IMG/VR virus record: IMGVR_UViG_3300021961_008157
DNA from: a virus
Reading direction: 5' to 3' (one strand)
DNA: 64,000 bases
How positions within the stretch are numbered: the stretch's first letter is position 1; each line of letters begins with the position of its first letter. The notes under the pieces are model-generated. The model had not been told where the DNA came from, ran no database searches, and saw only the letters and a program-made list of their open reading frames with translations. Position numbers and translations under genes: made by a program. Shown here piece by piece: positions 17,329 through 27,166 of the stretch.

Positions 17329-18110
17329 ATAGTTACCTTTCTTGCCTTTACCAACAAGTGCCAACCTAAGTACTCTCTCACCGCTTCTCGCATGGCTCCG
17401 GGCATAGCTTCAAACCAAGGCTCAAGTTCATAGCGTCCTTGCTTGTACGCTTCTACATTATACATGAAACAGTGGTCCTGACGCAACCGCTCAATAGAAA
17501 AGCGATTCCCTAGCAAGTCGGCGATATCATCTTTGGTGTAGCTTTTAGCATATGGGCAACCAGCTTGCGCTTCATATTGGTCAAGCCCTTTGTTGATCAT
17601 TGCTTGTTTCCAACTATTTTTAGCATAAACCATAAAACGGAATTCTCCATTGGGTTTAAGAATATTGTACACATTGTCAAGTATACGATCAATGGCTGGG
17701 AAATGATGTATTACCCCATAGCTGTAAACCAAGTCAACAGGAGGTATTTGATTGTAAGTGTTCCAATCGCTGGCGTCACCTGAATAAAAATTACCTGCTA
17801 GCCCCTCAACTTCGAAACGCTGTTGCGCCAGTTTAACACTGGCTTCGCTGTAGTCAATAGCATAATAGTCAGCACCATGGCGGGCAAATTCAGCAGCGTC
17901 GGATCCAATACCAGGACCGATTTCTAATACCTGCTGCCCTTGCCACAAGTGAAATCCTGCAAATTCTGGAATGTGGGGCTCCACAAGAAACCGGCGAGCC
18001 GACACTTCTTGGAAAAATTCGAGACTGCCAACGGCGTTTCCGCTGTGGCGAATATTACAAGGCTGATTGTTCCAGTATTGTTTGATGCGTTCTTCTAAAC
18101 TTAGCGTCAT
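17325..18110 (-). CDS. class I SAM-dependent methyltransferase
   Basis: VLEIGPGIGSD, DLVYSYGVIHH, LKPNG. Confidence 0.85.
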   Translation of the reverse strand: MTLSLEERIKQYWNNQPCNIRHSGNAVGSLEFFQEVSARRFLVEPHIPEFAGFHLWQGQQVLEIGPGIGSDAAEFARHGADYYAIDYSEASVKLAQQRFEVEGLAGNFYSGDASDWNTYNQIPPVDLVYSYGVIHHFPAIDRILDNVYNILKPNGEFRFMVYAKNSWKQAMINKGLDQYEAQAGCPYAKSYTKDDIADLLGNRFSIERLRQDHCFMYNVEAYKQGRYELEPWFEAMPGAMREAVREYLGWHLLVKARKVTI

Positions 18111-18934
18111 TTTTGTTTTGCCCAATCAGGTTTCCACTGAGACATTTGATTGTTTATATCATTGACTTTTAACTTTTCCCAAGGGTCCTGTTTACCTGTA
18201 AACACTCCTTGAAAAAAATCAGTGTTTAAACCACGAGACTTCATGTATGAAGCCAATCGGTGTAAATCCGCTATGCGTTTTCTATACCAGTTTGCATGAT
18301 GGAAGTCCCGTGGATCTTCGGGATTGCCCTCTAGCATCGGCCGTGTTTCAAATATGCTGTCTTTGTTATTGCCAGTTAAATCATATCTATCATGCGTCAC
18401 ATGTACATTTATACGTTCCCATATATCCATTACATAAGCCTGTTGGCTGATCCAAGCATCGCTGATTTGGTGGGGACTTAGATAGCCAAATAACTCAAGC
18501 CACTCGCGGGGCACAATGGGAAAAATGCTGTAAGGATGATCGCGATGTGTGTGAAAAGCTAATATTTTAAATTCACCAGTATGGTTGGCTATTACAGTAT
18601 CCCAACCCGGCGTTTCCATTACAGCATCGTCATTCCAAAATACCAACCAATCAGCGTCGGCGCTTTTTGCTAGGCTGTTTACATACTCGTTTAGTCGAAT
18701 ATAGCCCAGTGGTTCAAATATACGAGCTTGATAATTTACACCAAGCTCGTCTAACTTAGGCTGTAGTGTTTGCTTAAAATAGTCAATGGTTTCTGTATCG
18801 TCGCGATCGAACCCAATTAGCACTTGAAACGAATCAACATTGTCGGCTGTGTTTACAACACTTAGTATACTGCGCTCAAGTGCGGCTGTTCTGCCTCTAG
18901 TGGGCAACAGTAATGCTATGTTGTATTCACTCAT
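18107..18934 (-). CDS. glycosyltransferase family 2
   Basis: LLPTRGR N-terminus and WNDD (DxD-like) motif. Confidence 0.75.
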   Translation of the reverse strand: MSEYNIALLLPTRGRTAALERSILSVVNTADNVDSFQVLIGFDRDDTETIDYFKQTLQPKLDELGVNYQARIFEPLGYIRLNEYVNSLAKSADADWLVFWNDDAVMETPGWDTVIANHTGEFKILAFHTHRDHPYSIFPIVPREWLELFGYLSPHQISDAWISQQAYVMDIWERINVHVTHDRYDLTGNNKDSIFETRPMLEGNPEDPRDFHHANWYRKRIADLHRLASYMKSRGLNTDFFQGVFTGKQDPWEKLKVNDINNQMSQWKPDWAKQK

Positions 18935-18956
18935 TTGTTTTACTGCACAATAACGA

Positions 18957-19145
18957 TCAGTTTCGACTGAAAATACTTTTTATCAAAGCAAGAAAAAAGT
19001 TTGTTTTCTTTTTAGATTTATGGGGGCATTCAAACCAGCGGCAGCCATCTTTGTTGAACTTAGACAGCATTACTCCGCAGGTGGTACATCTTATCTTGAC
19101 CTTCTTATTATTTCCAAAAACATTGTAAACTTCGTCGTAATCCAT
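18957..19145 (-). CDS. small Cys-containing hypothetical protein
   Basis: CxxC...C...C, possible zinc ribbon. Confidence 0.45.
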   Translation of the reverse strand: MDYDEVYNVFGNNKKVKIRCTTCGVMLSKFNKDGCRWFECPHKSKKKTNFFLALIKSIFSRN

Positions 19146-19147
19146 AA

Positions 19148-19384
19148 TTACTTTTTTGTAAACCAGTCACCGAAGTAGTGTTTAATAAAAACTAAAATAA
19201 CAATCCATTTAAGTAAGTTGAGGGCTTCACTAAATATTGAGCCGAACCAATAACGCTGTTCGGTTACAAATCCTAGCCCCAAAAACACTATAACTCCAAA
19301 CGTGATTGCAAAATATTTTAATCCACTTTTAAAGTGCTTTTTAATAAATTTACCAACTTCGCTAACGCTTTTCTTTAAATCCAT
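19148..19384 (-). CDS. small two-TM membrane protein
   Basis: two hydrophobic segments; GGAG RBS. Confidence 0.6.
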   Translation of the reverse strand: MDLKKSVSEVGKFIKKHFKSGLKYFAITFGVIVFLGLGFVTEQRYWFGSIFSEALNLLKWIVILVFIKHYFGDWFTKK

Positions 19385-19387
19385 AAT

Positions 19388-19891
19388 TTACTCCAACAAG
19401 TTCTCATTCCATTCTCGGTGCCCTTCCCTCCATGCCATATTACTTTGTGTTTCACGGACTTCTACACGATAGCACCACAAGCGTTCTGCTTCGCCTGGCC
19501 CCCACATTTCAGGAATGTAAACACCATTGACATAACGATATAGCATATCGCTTAGTCCTTCGCAGCCCAGTTTAGGCAGCACTACAACCTTGGCCATTTT
19601 CTTTTCTTGTAGGAGTTTGTATGTGGCCATTTCCGGATCATCTTGTGCAACAATCAGTGTATGGTCAAACTGATCTTCTAGTATCTTCTTTAGTTCTTTA
19701 AGTCCGCCGTAGTCAGCAGCCCAGTTCCTTACATCCAAATCATCTGTACCAAAATAAAACTTCATGCTAAACGAATAGCCATGAATTAAATTACAATGAC
19801 TATCCGCACGCCACTGACGATAAGCGCAGGGAAAAGCATCGTGATATTCTTTTGTCGATGTATACTTGTACACCCGGGGTTGATTTGCCAT
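19388..19891 (-). CDS. queD: 6-carboxy-tetrahydropterin synthase
   Basis: HCNLIHGY (CxxxHGx), DYGGLK, FDHT, EVRET. Confidence 0.88.
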   Translation of the reverse strand: MANQPRVYKYTSTKEYHDAFPCAYRQWRADSHCNLIHGYSFSMKFYFGTDDLDVRNWAADYGGLKELKKILEDQFDHTLIVAQDDPEMATYKLLQEKKMAKVVVLPKLGCEGLSDMLYRYVNGVYIPEMWGPGEAERLWCYRVEVRETQSNMAWREGHREWNENLLE

Positions 19892-19894
19892 GTT

Positions 19895-19961
19895 TTCTCC
19901 TATGTTAAATTATAGCATAGGCAGCAGAATTTGTATACCGGGATGATGCTCTAAGACCGGT
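19895..19961 (-). promoter_or_regulatory. candidate preQ1-I-like riboswitch with RBS-sequestering hairpin
   Basis: P1 ACCGG/CCGGT, loop starting U and ending C, A-rich tail ATACAAA, P2 TAGAG/TTCTG, then CCTATG/CATAGG overlapping AGGAG. Confidence 0.5.
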
Positions 19962-19973
19962 GCAATACTTTAT

Positions 19974-20357
19974 TTATTTGCGATAGTTGCCCTTGCCGGG
20001 AATTGTGTTTCGCACACCCCCAACCGGATCCTCAACATCACCATTTCGGCGAGGGATTAGATGCACATGCGGCCAATTGACCGTTTGTCCTGCTGGAGTT
20101 CCATAATTCATACCAATGTTAAACCCATCGCATTCGCCCGATTCAACCATACGCTGGCCTTCTGTGAAAGCATTGTCAATTGCTTCCAGTAATATGTGTT
20201 TCATGTTAAACTTGGGCACAAACAACAAGTGTCCCGGTGTACATGGATACTTGTCTAAGTATACTGCCACACGATAGTTTTCCCGCACCAAATCGGTCCA
20301 TGGTGCGGTACTTTCTTCGATTGATTCAGGTATGTCTTTGAATATATGCGTTTCCAT
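19974..20357 (-). CDS. HIT family hydrolase
   Basis: AGQTVNWPHVHLIPR, PGHLLFVPK. Confidence 0.88.
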   Translation of the reverse strand: METHIFKDIPESIEESTAPWTDLVRENYRVAVYLDKYPCTPGHLLFVPKFNMKHILLEAIDNAFTEGQRMVESGECDGFNIGMNYGTPAGQTVNWPHVHLIPRRNGDVEDPVGGVRNTIPGKGNYRK

Positions 20358-20358
20358 T

Positions 20359-23022
20359 TTACAATGCCAACTTATACAACAGCCCAATTTGACCAGTGCC
20401 GTCTTGCCCGTATGTTGCTGAAAAGTTCAGGGAGTGATTCCGTTTTACATAATCATAACTAGCACCCACAAAGGCCAAATTTGAGTTACGAATTTTGCTG
20501 TTTACATTTGAGTAGTGCATAACACCGCCGGCATCCACACTGGTTGGAACAGTTAATGCTACAGATCCGCTTACAACTGCTGGGCGAATACCTCCGTACA
20601 AATTGATGTTTTGATCCCTCCAACCAGCCATTGCGTAAACACTACGAACAGGTGTTACACGAGTAACCATACCATAGTTGTATTGCCCAACAGTATTCAT
20701 AACGCCTGCTTGTGCCCAACTACCAGTACGTTCGGGACTGTACATTACATTAAACTCGGCAGTAGTAGAACCGGTGCTTTGCCCCCACATGCCCGAGAAG
20801 TTGATCCAGGGATTGCGATCTGTTTGCGTAACAGTCACTTGGTACTGTACAGGTTGATAGTTAGGATCAAATGCTTGACTGCTTACACCAACACTGATGT
20901 TAGCACCCGAGCCGCTAACGGACAAGCCATTGTTGGTCATTACAGATCCTGCAAAGCGGCTGCTCCAACTTTGTCCCGGTGTGTGTTTCAAATAGTGTAG
21001 CGGCTGCGACGAGGACGCAACAGCCGGAGATAAATCAACTATAAAATCTCTTTGGAAACTGTCCACAGCCGACACCGATGACAACACAGAGGATACTGTA
21101 GCATCTACACCGCCTGAAACGCTCAAAGAGCCACTAAGTGGAGCAGTAGTACCTGTGCGACCAGTTACGCTGATACCCAAATCTCCCACTGGTTGTGTAG
21201 CACGATTTAGATCCAGCAAGCCTTGCCCCATTACGTTGACATTATAGTTGGGTAGATTTTTGTTGGCAGTTTTCAACAGCAACTGAACAATTTGATTGCC
21301 CTTCATATAAGGCCACAGTTGGTGTACAATTGCCGCGGCTCCCGAAACTGCTGGTGCCGCAAAACTGGTACCACTGCTGGTCCTATATAAACCATTGTAG
21401 TCAACCGTTTCAATGGCCACGCTGGGCGCCATAATGAAAAAGTCGGAAGTGCGATATTGATCCTTACAAACTGAGTCGACTACGACTTTACAAACGTGTC
21501 CAGCACCGTTGCCTTCGGGCGTTTTACTTGTAGAGTTCCAGCCACCTGCAATCAACATCTGACCGTTGAGCAACAAATTTCCCCCAGCATCAGTTGCTGT
21601 AGCAAATACAGCGGGCGACTGGGTGTATTGTAAGCCTTGATTGCCGGCTGCCACAACCAATACCATTTCTTTGCCCAATACTCCTGCCCAGTCAGTGGGC
21701 TTGGCTAGGTTATAGTAGTTGGTTCCGCCATAGTAAACGTGGTTGCTGTAGAAGGTGCCATCGCCCAACCGATACACACTACTCTTATAGTCTGTGCTGT
21801 AATTGGTGTTAGAACTTAAATTGGCCACTACAATGTCGGAGTATTGTTGTGCCCACAGGAGCGCCTTGAGAGCAGACGCCATACTTACACTAGAAGTATT
21901 ACCAATTTTGGCCACAGCCAGATTAGCATCAAATGCTACGCCATACATTCCCTTGCCATCACGTGCGCCGGCAGCAATAGCAGCCACTTGACTACCGTGC
22001 CCCACAACGTCTTGAATACCTGTGGTAGTATAATCAACGGTGTATTTGATTTTGCCGGCAAATTCACTGCCATCAATATCGATACCAGTGTCCATAACAA
22101 GAATAGTGGATCCTTTACCAGTCCAACCTCGGGCATACGCATAGTTAGCACCAATGGCACTGATGGTTTTGCCTGCCTCCCCTGTTAGATAGTAAGCAGG
22201 ATCGCGACTGGGCACTGGTGTTGGAGTACCCATGTTTGTATTGTTATAGTAAGTTGATGCATTAAAATTAGCATCTACTGTAGTAGGAGTGTCCGGCGCT
22301 GTTGTTGTTTCAGTGGTTGTGGTTGTGGGTCCACTGATAACAGTAGTGGACACAATTTCTTTGGCTGTAAGTTTTCCATCAACGTAAGTGTATTGCCATC
22401 TTTGTGATACCACACTACCATCTGCTAATGTCGCAGTTCTAGTAACATAAGAATATCGGATCACTGGTTCTGCAACCACCGGTGCAGGCTCTACCACCGC
22501 TACTGGTTCCGGTGCAGGAGCAGGTGTTACAACCGTTGTGCTGTCAATGCTTTTGTCAGTTAGTTTTTCGTCAGTATAGGTATACTTCCATTTTTCTGCA
22601 ACAACGCTACCATCGGCTTGTGCTACAGTTTTGGTGACAAACGCATATCTAATAACTGGCACAGGAGTTGGCGGCACTACCATCGTGCTACTAACTACGT
22701 TACGAGCAGTGATTTTACCGTCTGTGTAGGTAAGGCGTGTTACTGTTTCAATAACACTACCATCAGCTTGCGTCTTGCGATCAGTGACGTTATTGTAAGT
22801 AATTACTGGTGCTTTTACGCCTAATACTGTTTCGCTAACAACCGTTTTGGCTCTAAGTTTGTTGTTAACATAAGTGTATTGCCATCGTTGGACCACGGTG
22901 GTGCCATCGGCTTGTTTGACTTTTCGTGTTACATATGAGTAACGAGTGACGTCCGCTGCCAACGCAACAGAAACAACTGCCACTAACAATAGCCCTACCA
23001 AAAACTTAACAAATCGACTCAT
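20359..23022 (-). CDS. secreted subtilisin-like S8 protease with N-terminal repeats and C-terminal beta-barrel-like domain
   Basis: signal peptide; triad VMDTG, GHGSQVA, GTSFAAP; AAGN; four ~42-aa repeats. Confidence 0.88.
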   Translation of the reverse strand: MSRFVKFLVGLLLVAVVSVALAADVTRYSYVTRKVKQADGTTVVQRWQYTYVNNKLRAKTVVSETVLGVKAPVITYNNVTDRKTQADGSVIETVTRLTYTDGKITARNVVSSTMVVPPTPVPVIRYAFVTKTVAQADGSVVAEKWKYTYTDEKLTDKSIDSTTVVTPAPAPEPVAVVEPAPVVAEPVIRYSYVTRTATLADGSVVSQRWQYTYVDGKLTAKEIVSTTVISGPTTTTTETTTAPDTPTTVDANFNASTYYNNTNMGTPTPVPSRDPAYYLTGEAGKTISAIGANYAYARGWTGKGSTILVMDTGIDIDGSEFAGKIKYTVDYTTTGIQDVVGHGSQVAAIAAGARDGKGMYGVAFDANLAVAKIGNTSSVSMASALKALLWAQQYSDIVVANLSSNTNYSTDYKSSVYRLGDGTFYSNHVYYGGTNYYNLAKPTDWAGVLGKEMVLVVAAGNQGLQYTQSPAVFATATDAGGNLLLNGQMLIAGGWNSTSKTPEGNGAGHVCKVVVDSVCKDQYRTSDFFIMAPSVAIETVDYNGLYRTSSGTSFAAPAVSGAAAIVHQLWPYMKGNQIVQLLLKTANKNLPNYNVNVMGQGLLDLNRATQPVGDLGISVTGRTGTTAPLSGSLSVSGGVDATVSSVLSSVSAVDSFQRDFIVDLSPAVASSSQPLHYLKHTPGQSWSSRFAGSVMTNNGLSVSGSGANISVGVSSQAFDPNYQPVQYQVTVTQTDRNPWINFSGMWGQSTGSTTAEFNVMYSPERTGSWAQAGVMNTVGQYNYGMVTRVTPVRSVYAMAGWRDQNINLYGGIRPAVVSGSVALTVPTSVDAGGVMHYSNVNSKIRNSNLAFVGASYDYVKRNHSLNFSATYGQDGTGQIGLLYKLAL

Positions 23023-23052
23023 AAGAGTTCCCCAAATTGATAATGTACATAC

Positions 23053-23081
23053 ATTATAGCAAAATGGTATTTATCGGTCAA
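23053..23081 (-). promoter_or_regulatory. sigma70-type promoter with embedded TAAATA
   Basis: TTGACC-N17-TATAAT. Confidence 0.7.
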
Positions 23082-23404
23082 CCACGGTCCAAATGCTTGA
23101 TTTTATTGGGAATTCCGTTCCATTTTTCGTAATCGGGCAGCGGATCTTTGCGTTTGGTAATTACTGGCCATTTTTTTGCCAATTCGGCATTGATAGCAAT
23201 AAACGGACGCTGATCCTCGGGCAAGTCTTCTTCGGCATAAATGGCGTTAACAGGACACTCGGGCACACAAACTGCACAGTCAATGCATTCATCAGGATCA
23301 ATTGCCAAAAAGTTTGGTCCTTCAACAAAACAATCTACTGGGCATACATCTACGCAATCGGTGTGTTTGCATAGAATGCAATTGTCAGTTACCACATATG
23401 TCAT
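23078..23404 (-). CDS. fdxA: 7Fe ferredoxin (FdxA-like)
   Basis: [26 protein letters not shown]...[13 protein letters not shown]. Confidence 0.92.
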   Translation of the reverse strand: MTYVVTDNCILCKHTDCVDVCPVDCFVEGPNFLAIDPDECIDCAVCVPECPVNAIYAEEDLPEDQRPFIAINAELAKKWPVITKRKDPLPDYEKWNGIPNKIKHLDRG

Positions 23405-23405
23405 A

Positions 23406-24113
23406 TTAATAAACCCCTTTACCACCAGCAGATTGCTGTAGTTTAATGTTGTCAAAGAACTCTTTTTTGGTTGCGGGGTCAGTTTGGAACGCACCCTTTA
23501 GTACTGTAGTTTGCGTCAAACTCGAAGTGGCCATTATACCTCTATTGGTGCAACAACCATGTTCAGCACCAATATGAACTGCTACGTTTGATGAGTTGGT
23601 AGCACGAGCAATTTCCCGAGCAATGTCGTTGGCTAGTTCTTCTTGTAGCGTACCACGACGAGCACACCATTGTGCAATGCGAGTGTATTTACTCAGTCCA
23701 ATTAATTTTTCTGCGGCAATGATTCCAATATACGCAACACCAGTCACTGGCTGATGATGGTGACTGCACATGCTGTTCAGTTCACTGCGCACTACTAGCA
23801 TGCCTTCATAGCGTTCATCAGAATCATTGGGAAAGGCTGTAGCATCCGGGGCAGGATCGTAACGTCCACTCATGATTTCGTTAAAATACATTTTGGCCAG
23901 CCGCCGGGCCGTACCTTGGCTGTTGGGATCGTTTTCACGATCAATCAGCAACGCATCTAACACTTGTTCAAATGCTTCTGTTGCTTCGTCAATCAGCAGT
24001 TCTTTGTTGTTGTCTGAAACGTAGTCACTGATATTATCACCAGCCCAAAAACGTTTACGGTCTTTTCGCATTTGTTCGCGTATCACTTGCGACAAATTTT
24101 TTTCTTCATTCAT
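23406..24113 (-). CDS. folE: GTP cyclohydrolase I
   Basis: [27 protein letters not shown]. Confidence 0.95.
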   Translation of the reverse strand: MNEEKNLSQVIREQMRKDRKRFWAGDNISDYVSDNNKELLIDEATEAFEQVLDALLIDRENDPNSQGTARRLAKMYFNEIMSGRYDPAPDATAFPNDSDERYEGMLVVRSELNSMCSHHHQPVTGVAYIGIIAAEKLIGLSKYTRIAQWCARRGTLQEELANDIAREIARATNSSNVAVHIGAEHGCCTNRGIMATSSLTQTTVLKGAFQTDPATKKEFFDNIKLQQSAGGKGVY

Positions 24114-24154
24114 TTATTATGCTCCGATGTTAAGGCAGAGGATTGCCGTTGTTT

Positions 24155-24183
24155 ATTATACAAGGTATTTAGACAGTTGTCAA
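24155..24183 (-). promoter_or_regulatory. sigma70-type promoter for folE, with embedded TAAATA
   Basis: TTGACA-N17-TATAAT. Confidence 0.7.
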
Positions 24184-24797
24184 TCAACTATAGTAATAGT
24201 TCGTAAATCAGGATAAGGCACAAATACTGGTGCCGGACGATTTTCTTGAAGTCCTTTTAGGAGGGCCAATCCTTGTTGTGCTTCTTCAATTGTGGGCTTG
24301 TAGTGGTAGCCGACATGGAATATTTTTTGCTCAACCCAAGGACTAATAGTCAAATCTCTACCATCATAGCGTTGAGCAAGCAAAGTTTTGTATGCTTCGC
24401 TGTCATCTAATAGGATAGCACCACCACGGCCAATGTGCAATGGTTTGGTATTACCAAAACTCAAACATTGTAGTGTGCCCGATCGATACATGTTTTCCTC
24501 TAGCCGACGTGCGCTATCCCAAATCCTTGTACCGTGGATCTGATACTCGCCTTTCCAAGTTTGCCGATCCTCGTCGAGATAATCATAAACAATGTCCAAT
24601 TTGTGCATGGTCATTGGTATGCTCAAATAGGTAAATGGAGTAAATTCACATTCCTGTATGCGATCATATCGCAAGCAAAGTTCAATAGCATGCGTACAGC
24701 AGTCAGTCATAACAGCATACGGTGCGCCAGCAAACTCGGCTAACTCTTTTTCAAAACGTAGTATTGTATCAAAGATCATCGATTGTACCATGCCCAA
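24180..24797 (-). CDS. short DegT/DnrJ-type PLP sugar aminotransferase
   Basis: FEKELAEFAGAPYAV, DSA, SFGNTKPL, GRGGAIL. Confidence 0.75.
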   Translation of the reverse strand: MGMVQSMIFDTILRFEKELAEFAGAPYAVMTDCCTHAIELCLRYDRIQECEFTPFTYLSIPMTMHKLDIVYDYLDEDRQTWKGEYQIHGTRIWDSARRLEENMYRSGTLQCLSFGNTKPLHIGRGGAILLDDSEAYKTLLAQRYDGRDLTISPWVEQKIFHVGYHYKPTIEEAQQGLALLKGLQENRPAPVFVPYPDLRTITIVD

Positions 24798-25720
24798 GCA
24801 TGACTTATTATGTTATTCAAATTGTATTTAGGTTGCCATCCTGCCACTTGAATAAATTTAGAAGCATCAGCAGTGAGAACAGCTGGATCACCATCCCTTG
24901 CTTGACCAAACACCACAGGAATACTGTGGCCCACAACTGCTTCTGCACCATCAACTATTTCAAGGTTGCTATGTCCTACTGATGTCCCCAAGTTATAAAC
25001 ACCTGCGGGTATTGTATTTTCTAGTGCCATAACATGTGCGCGAGCAATATCTTCTACATGTACATAATCGCGAACACAAGTTCCATCGGGCGTTTCAAAC
25101 TTATTTCCGTTGCAAACAAACTGAGTATTATTTTTTACGCTTTCGAGCACACGAGCAATAATGTGTGTGGCACCGCCTTTTTGCCCGTGCCTTGCGCGAC
25201 TATCTGCACCACAAGCATTAAAGTAGCGAAAAGCCACATAGTCCAAGTTGTAGGCACGGTGATAGCTGGCCAAGGCACGTTCAATTGCGAGTTTAGTTTC
25301 ACCATAAGGACTAATGGGATCAGCAGGATCCACTTCTTGACAAGGAGTCATCACTGGCCGTCCGTATGTGGCTGCGCTCGAGCTGAATATAAATCGTATG
25401 TTCTGTTGCCGGCGACTCCGTATAATGTCCAACATAGCAATGGTTTTAACCACATTGTTGTTGTAATATTCAGCAGGATCGGTCATACTGGGACCAACCA
25501 AGCTGGTGCCAGCACAATGAATGACAGCGTCTGGAAAGTCCACCATCAGTGGACCCAGGCCTTCGACGCTGGCAAAGTCAGCCCTAACAAAGCGATCTAA
25601 TGTAATGGGCAGTTGATGATTTTCACGATCAATGCCGATTACTGTATGTCCCGCATCTTTTAACTGTAGGGCGATTTGGCCGCCGATGTAGCCGCTTACG
25701 CCCGTTACAATTACTTTCAT
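24776..25720 (-). CDS. galE: UDP-glucose 4-epimerase
   Basis: GVSGYIG, SSSAATYG, YGETK, RYFNACGA, DGTCVRDYVHV. Confidence 0.92.
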   Translation of the reverse strand: MKVIVTGVSGYIGGQIALQLKDAGHTVIGIDRENHQLPITLDRFVRADFASVEGLGPLMVDFPDAVIHCAGTSLVGPSMTDPAEYYNNNVVKTIAMLDIIRSRRQQNIRFIFSSSAATYGRPVMTPCQEVDPADPISPYGETKLAIERALASYHRAYNLDYVAFRYFNACGADSRARHGQKGGATHIIARVLESVKNNTQFVCNGNKFETPDGTCVRDYVHVEDIARAHVMALENTIPAGVYNLGTSVGHSNLEIVDGAEAVVGHSIPVVFGQARDGDPAVLTADASKFIQVAGWQPKYNLNNIISHAWAWYNR

Positions 25721-26931
25721 CCTTCAATTCTTACCACTTGGTATTTTTCATGGCTCGCATAATCACGATAGCGATTACCCGCGCGATTCCACTGCTCTCC
25801 CTGCCCTTCAATAATGTCAATCACACGATCAACAGTACCGTCAGTCCAATCACTGATCAAGCCCATGTTGTGATGTGGTGCCCGTAGGAGATTCTGCATC
25901 TTGTGATAAGCATCATCAATGCTCCAAGGAACATACAGTCTATTGGGATCATTGGCAAATGTTTCGGGAAAACTACGATATGCTGGATACAGCACATTAC
26001 AACCTAGTGTGTCCGCTTCGCTTACTGTGTTTGACACCCAGTCTTGCAGCGCACAGTTAAACAATACTCGAGTATCATTCAGCAGAGCATAGTATTGATT
26101 TTTGCTTAGGTTGTCATAAATCTTTAATTTACCTTCGGACTCCAGCTGCCGTGCTCGCGTAACATAATCGGAATTGTTGCTCCGTAACGCACCACCCGAG
26201 TAGATGGCAAATTCACATGGTTCACCGGACAGCTCGCCATACATTTCAATCAAGTCCATGAAAAAGCCGGGCTGCTTTTCCTGATCAAATCGTGCAGCAA
26301 ATCCCACACGTCGCGGACGTTGATCAAATGGTTTAATATTGTCAACGCCACCAATACGCTCCAGCACTTCGGCTTTGCCAAACGCCAGTCCCGAGATATT
26401 GTAGATTGGGCAGTCCCAACCAGCAATGCGCATGTGTGCTACCATTTCTTCGTTGGTAGCAAGTACTGCTCCACCTGATGTGCGCACTAGTTCACATACC
26501 ATCTTTTCATATAAGCCCATCCATTTTGCCATGCCCCAAACATGTACGAAATCATCAGGATCAATGGTCTGAGCAAGACAGCGAACAAAAATCCTAGGAC
26601 GCATAGCAGCATCAACTTGATCCATAATATAAGGCAAGCTCTCAATGCCGGGCTGAAACATATCTTCAAAGTAGACAACATCTTCACCTGTAACTTCTCC
26701 CTTACGCATCATTTGCACCAGATTCATCAGTTGGCTCATACCAAAGTAACTGCGACCGTGTGCATCTAACACTTGGCCCACCGAAATTGACTGCGAGTTG
26801 TCAATCACTGTACCAGGAACATAAACTACATCAAGACCACGGCGATCAAACACCCGCCGGTTCCATTCAGTTAGTTGAAGAGTGTAGCGAGCCTCGTATG
26901 ATTCAAGACCCATGTAGTAGAGTTTTCTCAT
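25717..26931 (-). CDS. GT-B glycosyltransferase (possible DNA glycosyltransferase)
   Basis: ARFDQEKQP and QDWVSNTVSEA (GT4-like); lies within the deazaguanine cluster. Confidence 0.7.
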   Translation of the reverse strand: MRKLYYMGLESYEARYTLQLTEWNRRVFDRRGLDVVYVPGTVIDNSQSISVGQVLDAHGRSYFGMSQLMNLVQMMRKGEVTGEDVVYFEDMFQPGIESLPYIMDQVDAAMRPRIFVRCLAQTIDPDDFVHVWGMAKWMGLYEKMVCELVRTSGGAVLATNEEMVAHMRIAGWDCPIYNISGLAFGKAEVLERIGGVDNIKPFDQRPRRVGFAARFDQEKQPGFFMDLIEMYGELSGEPCEFAIYSGGALRSNNSDYVTRARQLESEGKLKIYDNLSKNQYYALLNDTRVLFNCALQDWVSNTVSEADTLGCNVLYPAYRSFPETFANDPNRLYVPWSIDDAYHKMQNLLRAPHHNMGLISDWTDGTVDRVIDIIEGQGEQWNRAGNRYRDYASHEKYQVVRIEG

Positions 26932-27155
26932 GGACCCACATTCCGATTCAAACGACGAGCATCTTCCAGCCACATGTCGCGAGCATTTTTGCCCTGAACA
27001 AATTTAGTATACTGCTGCCATGCATAACTTTTAAAGTTATACAAGTCGGCTTCGTTGTAGCGATAGCCATAGTCCCGACAAAAGTTCAACAATCGTTCCA
27101 GATCCTCTTGGACTGCATAAACTTTGTTGTTAACTTCGAAATTGGGTTTACCCAT
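26928..27155 (-). CDS. hypothetical protein
   Basis: 75 aa, AGGA RBS, ATGA overlap. Confidence 0.7.
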   Translation of the reverse strand: MGKPNFEVNNKVYAVQEDLERLLNFCRDYGYRYNEADLYNFKSYAWQQYTKFVQGKNARDMWLEDARRLNRNVGP

Positions 27156-27166
27156 GATATTTTCCT

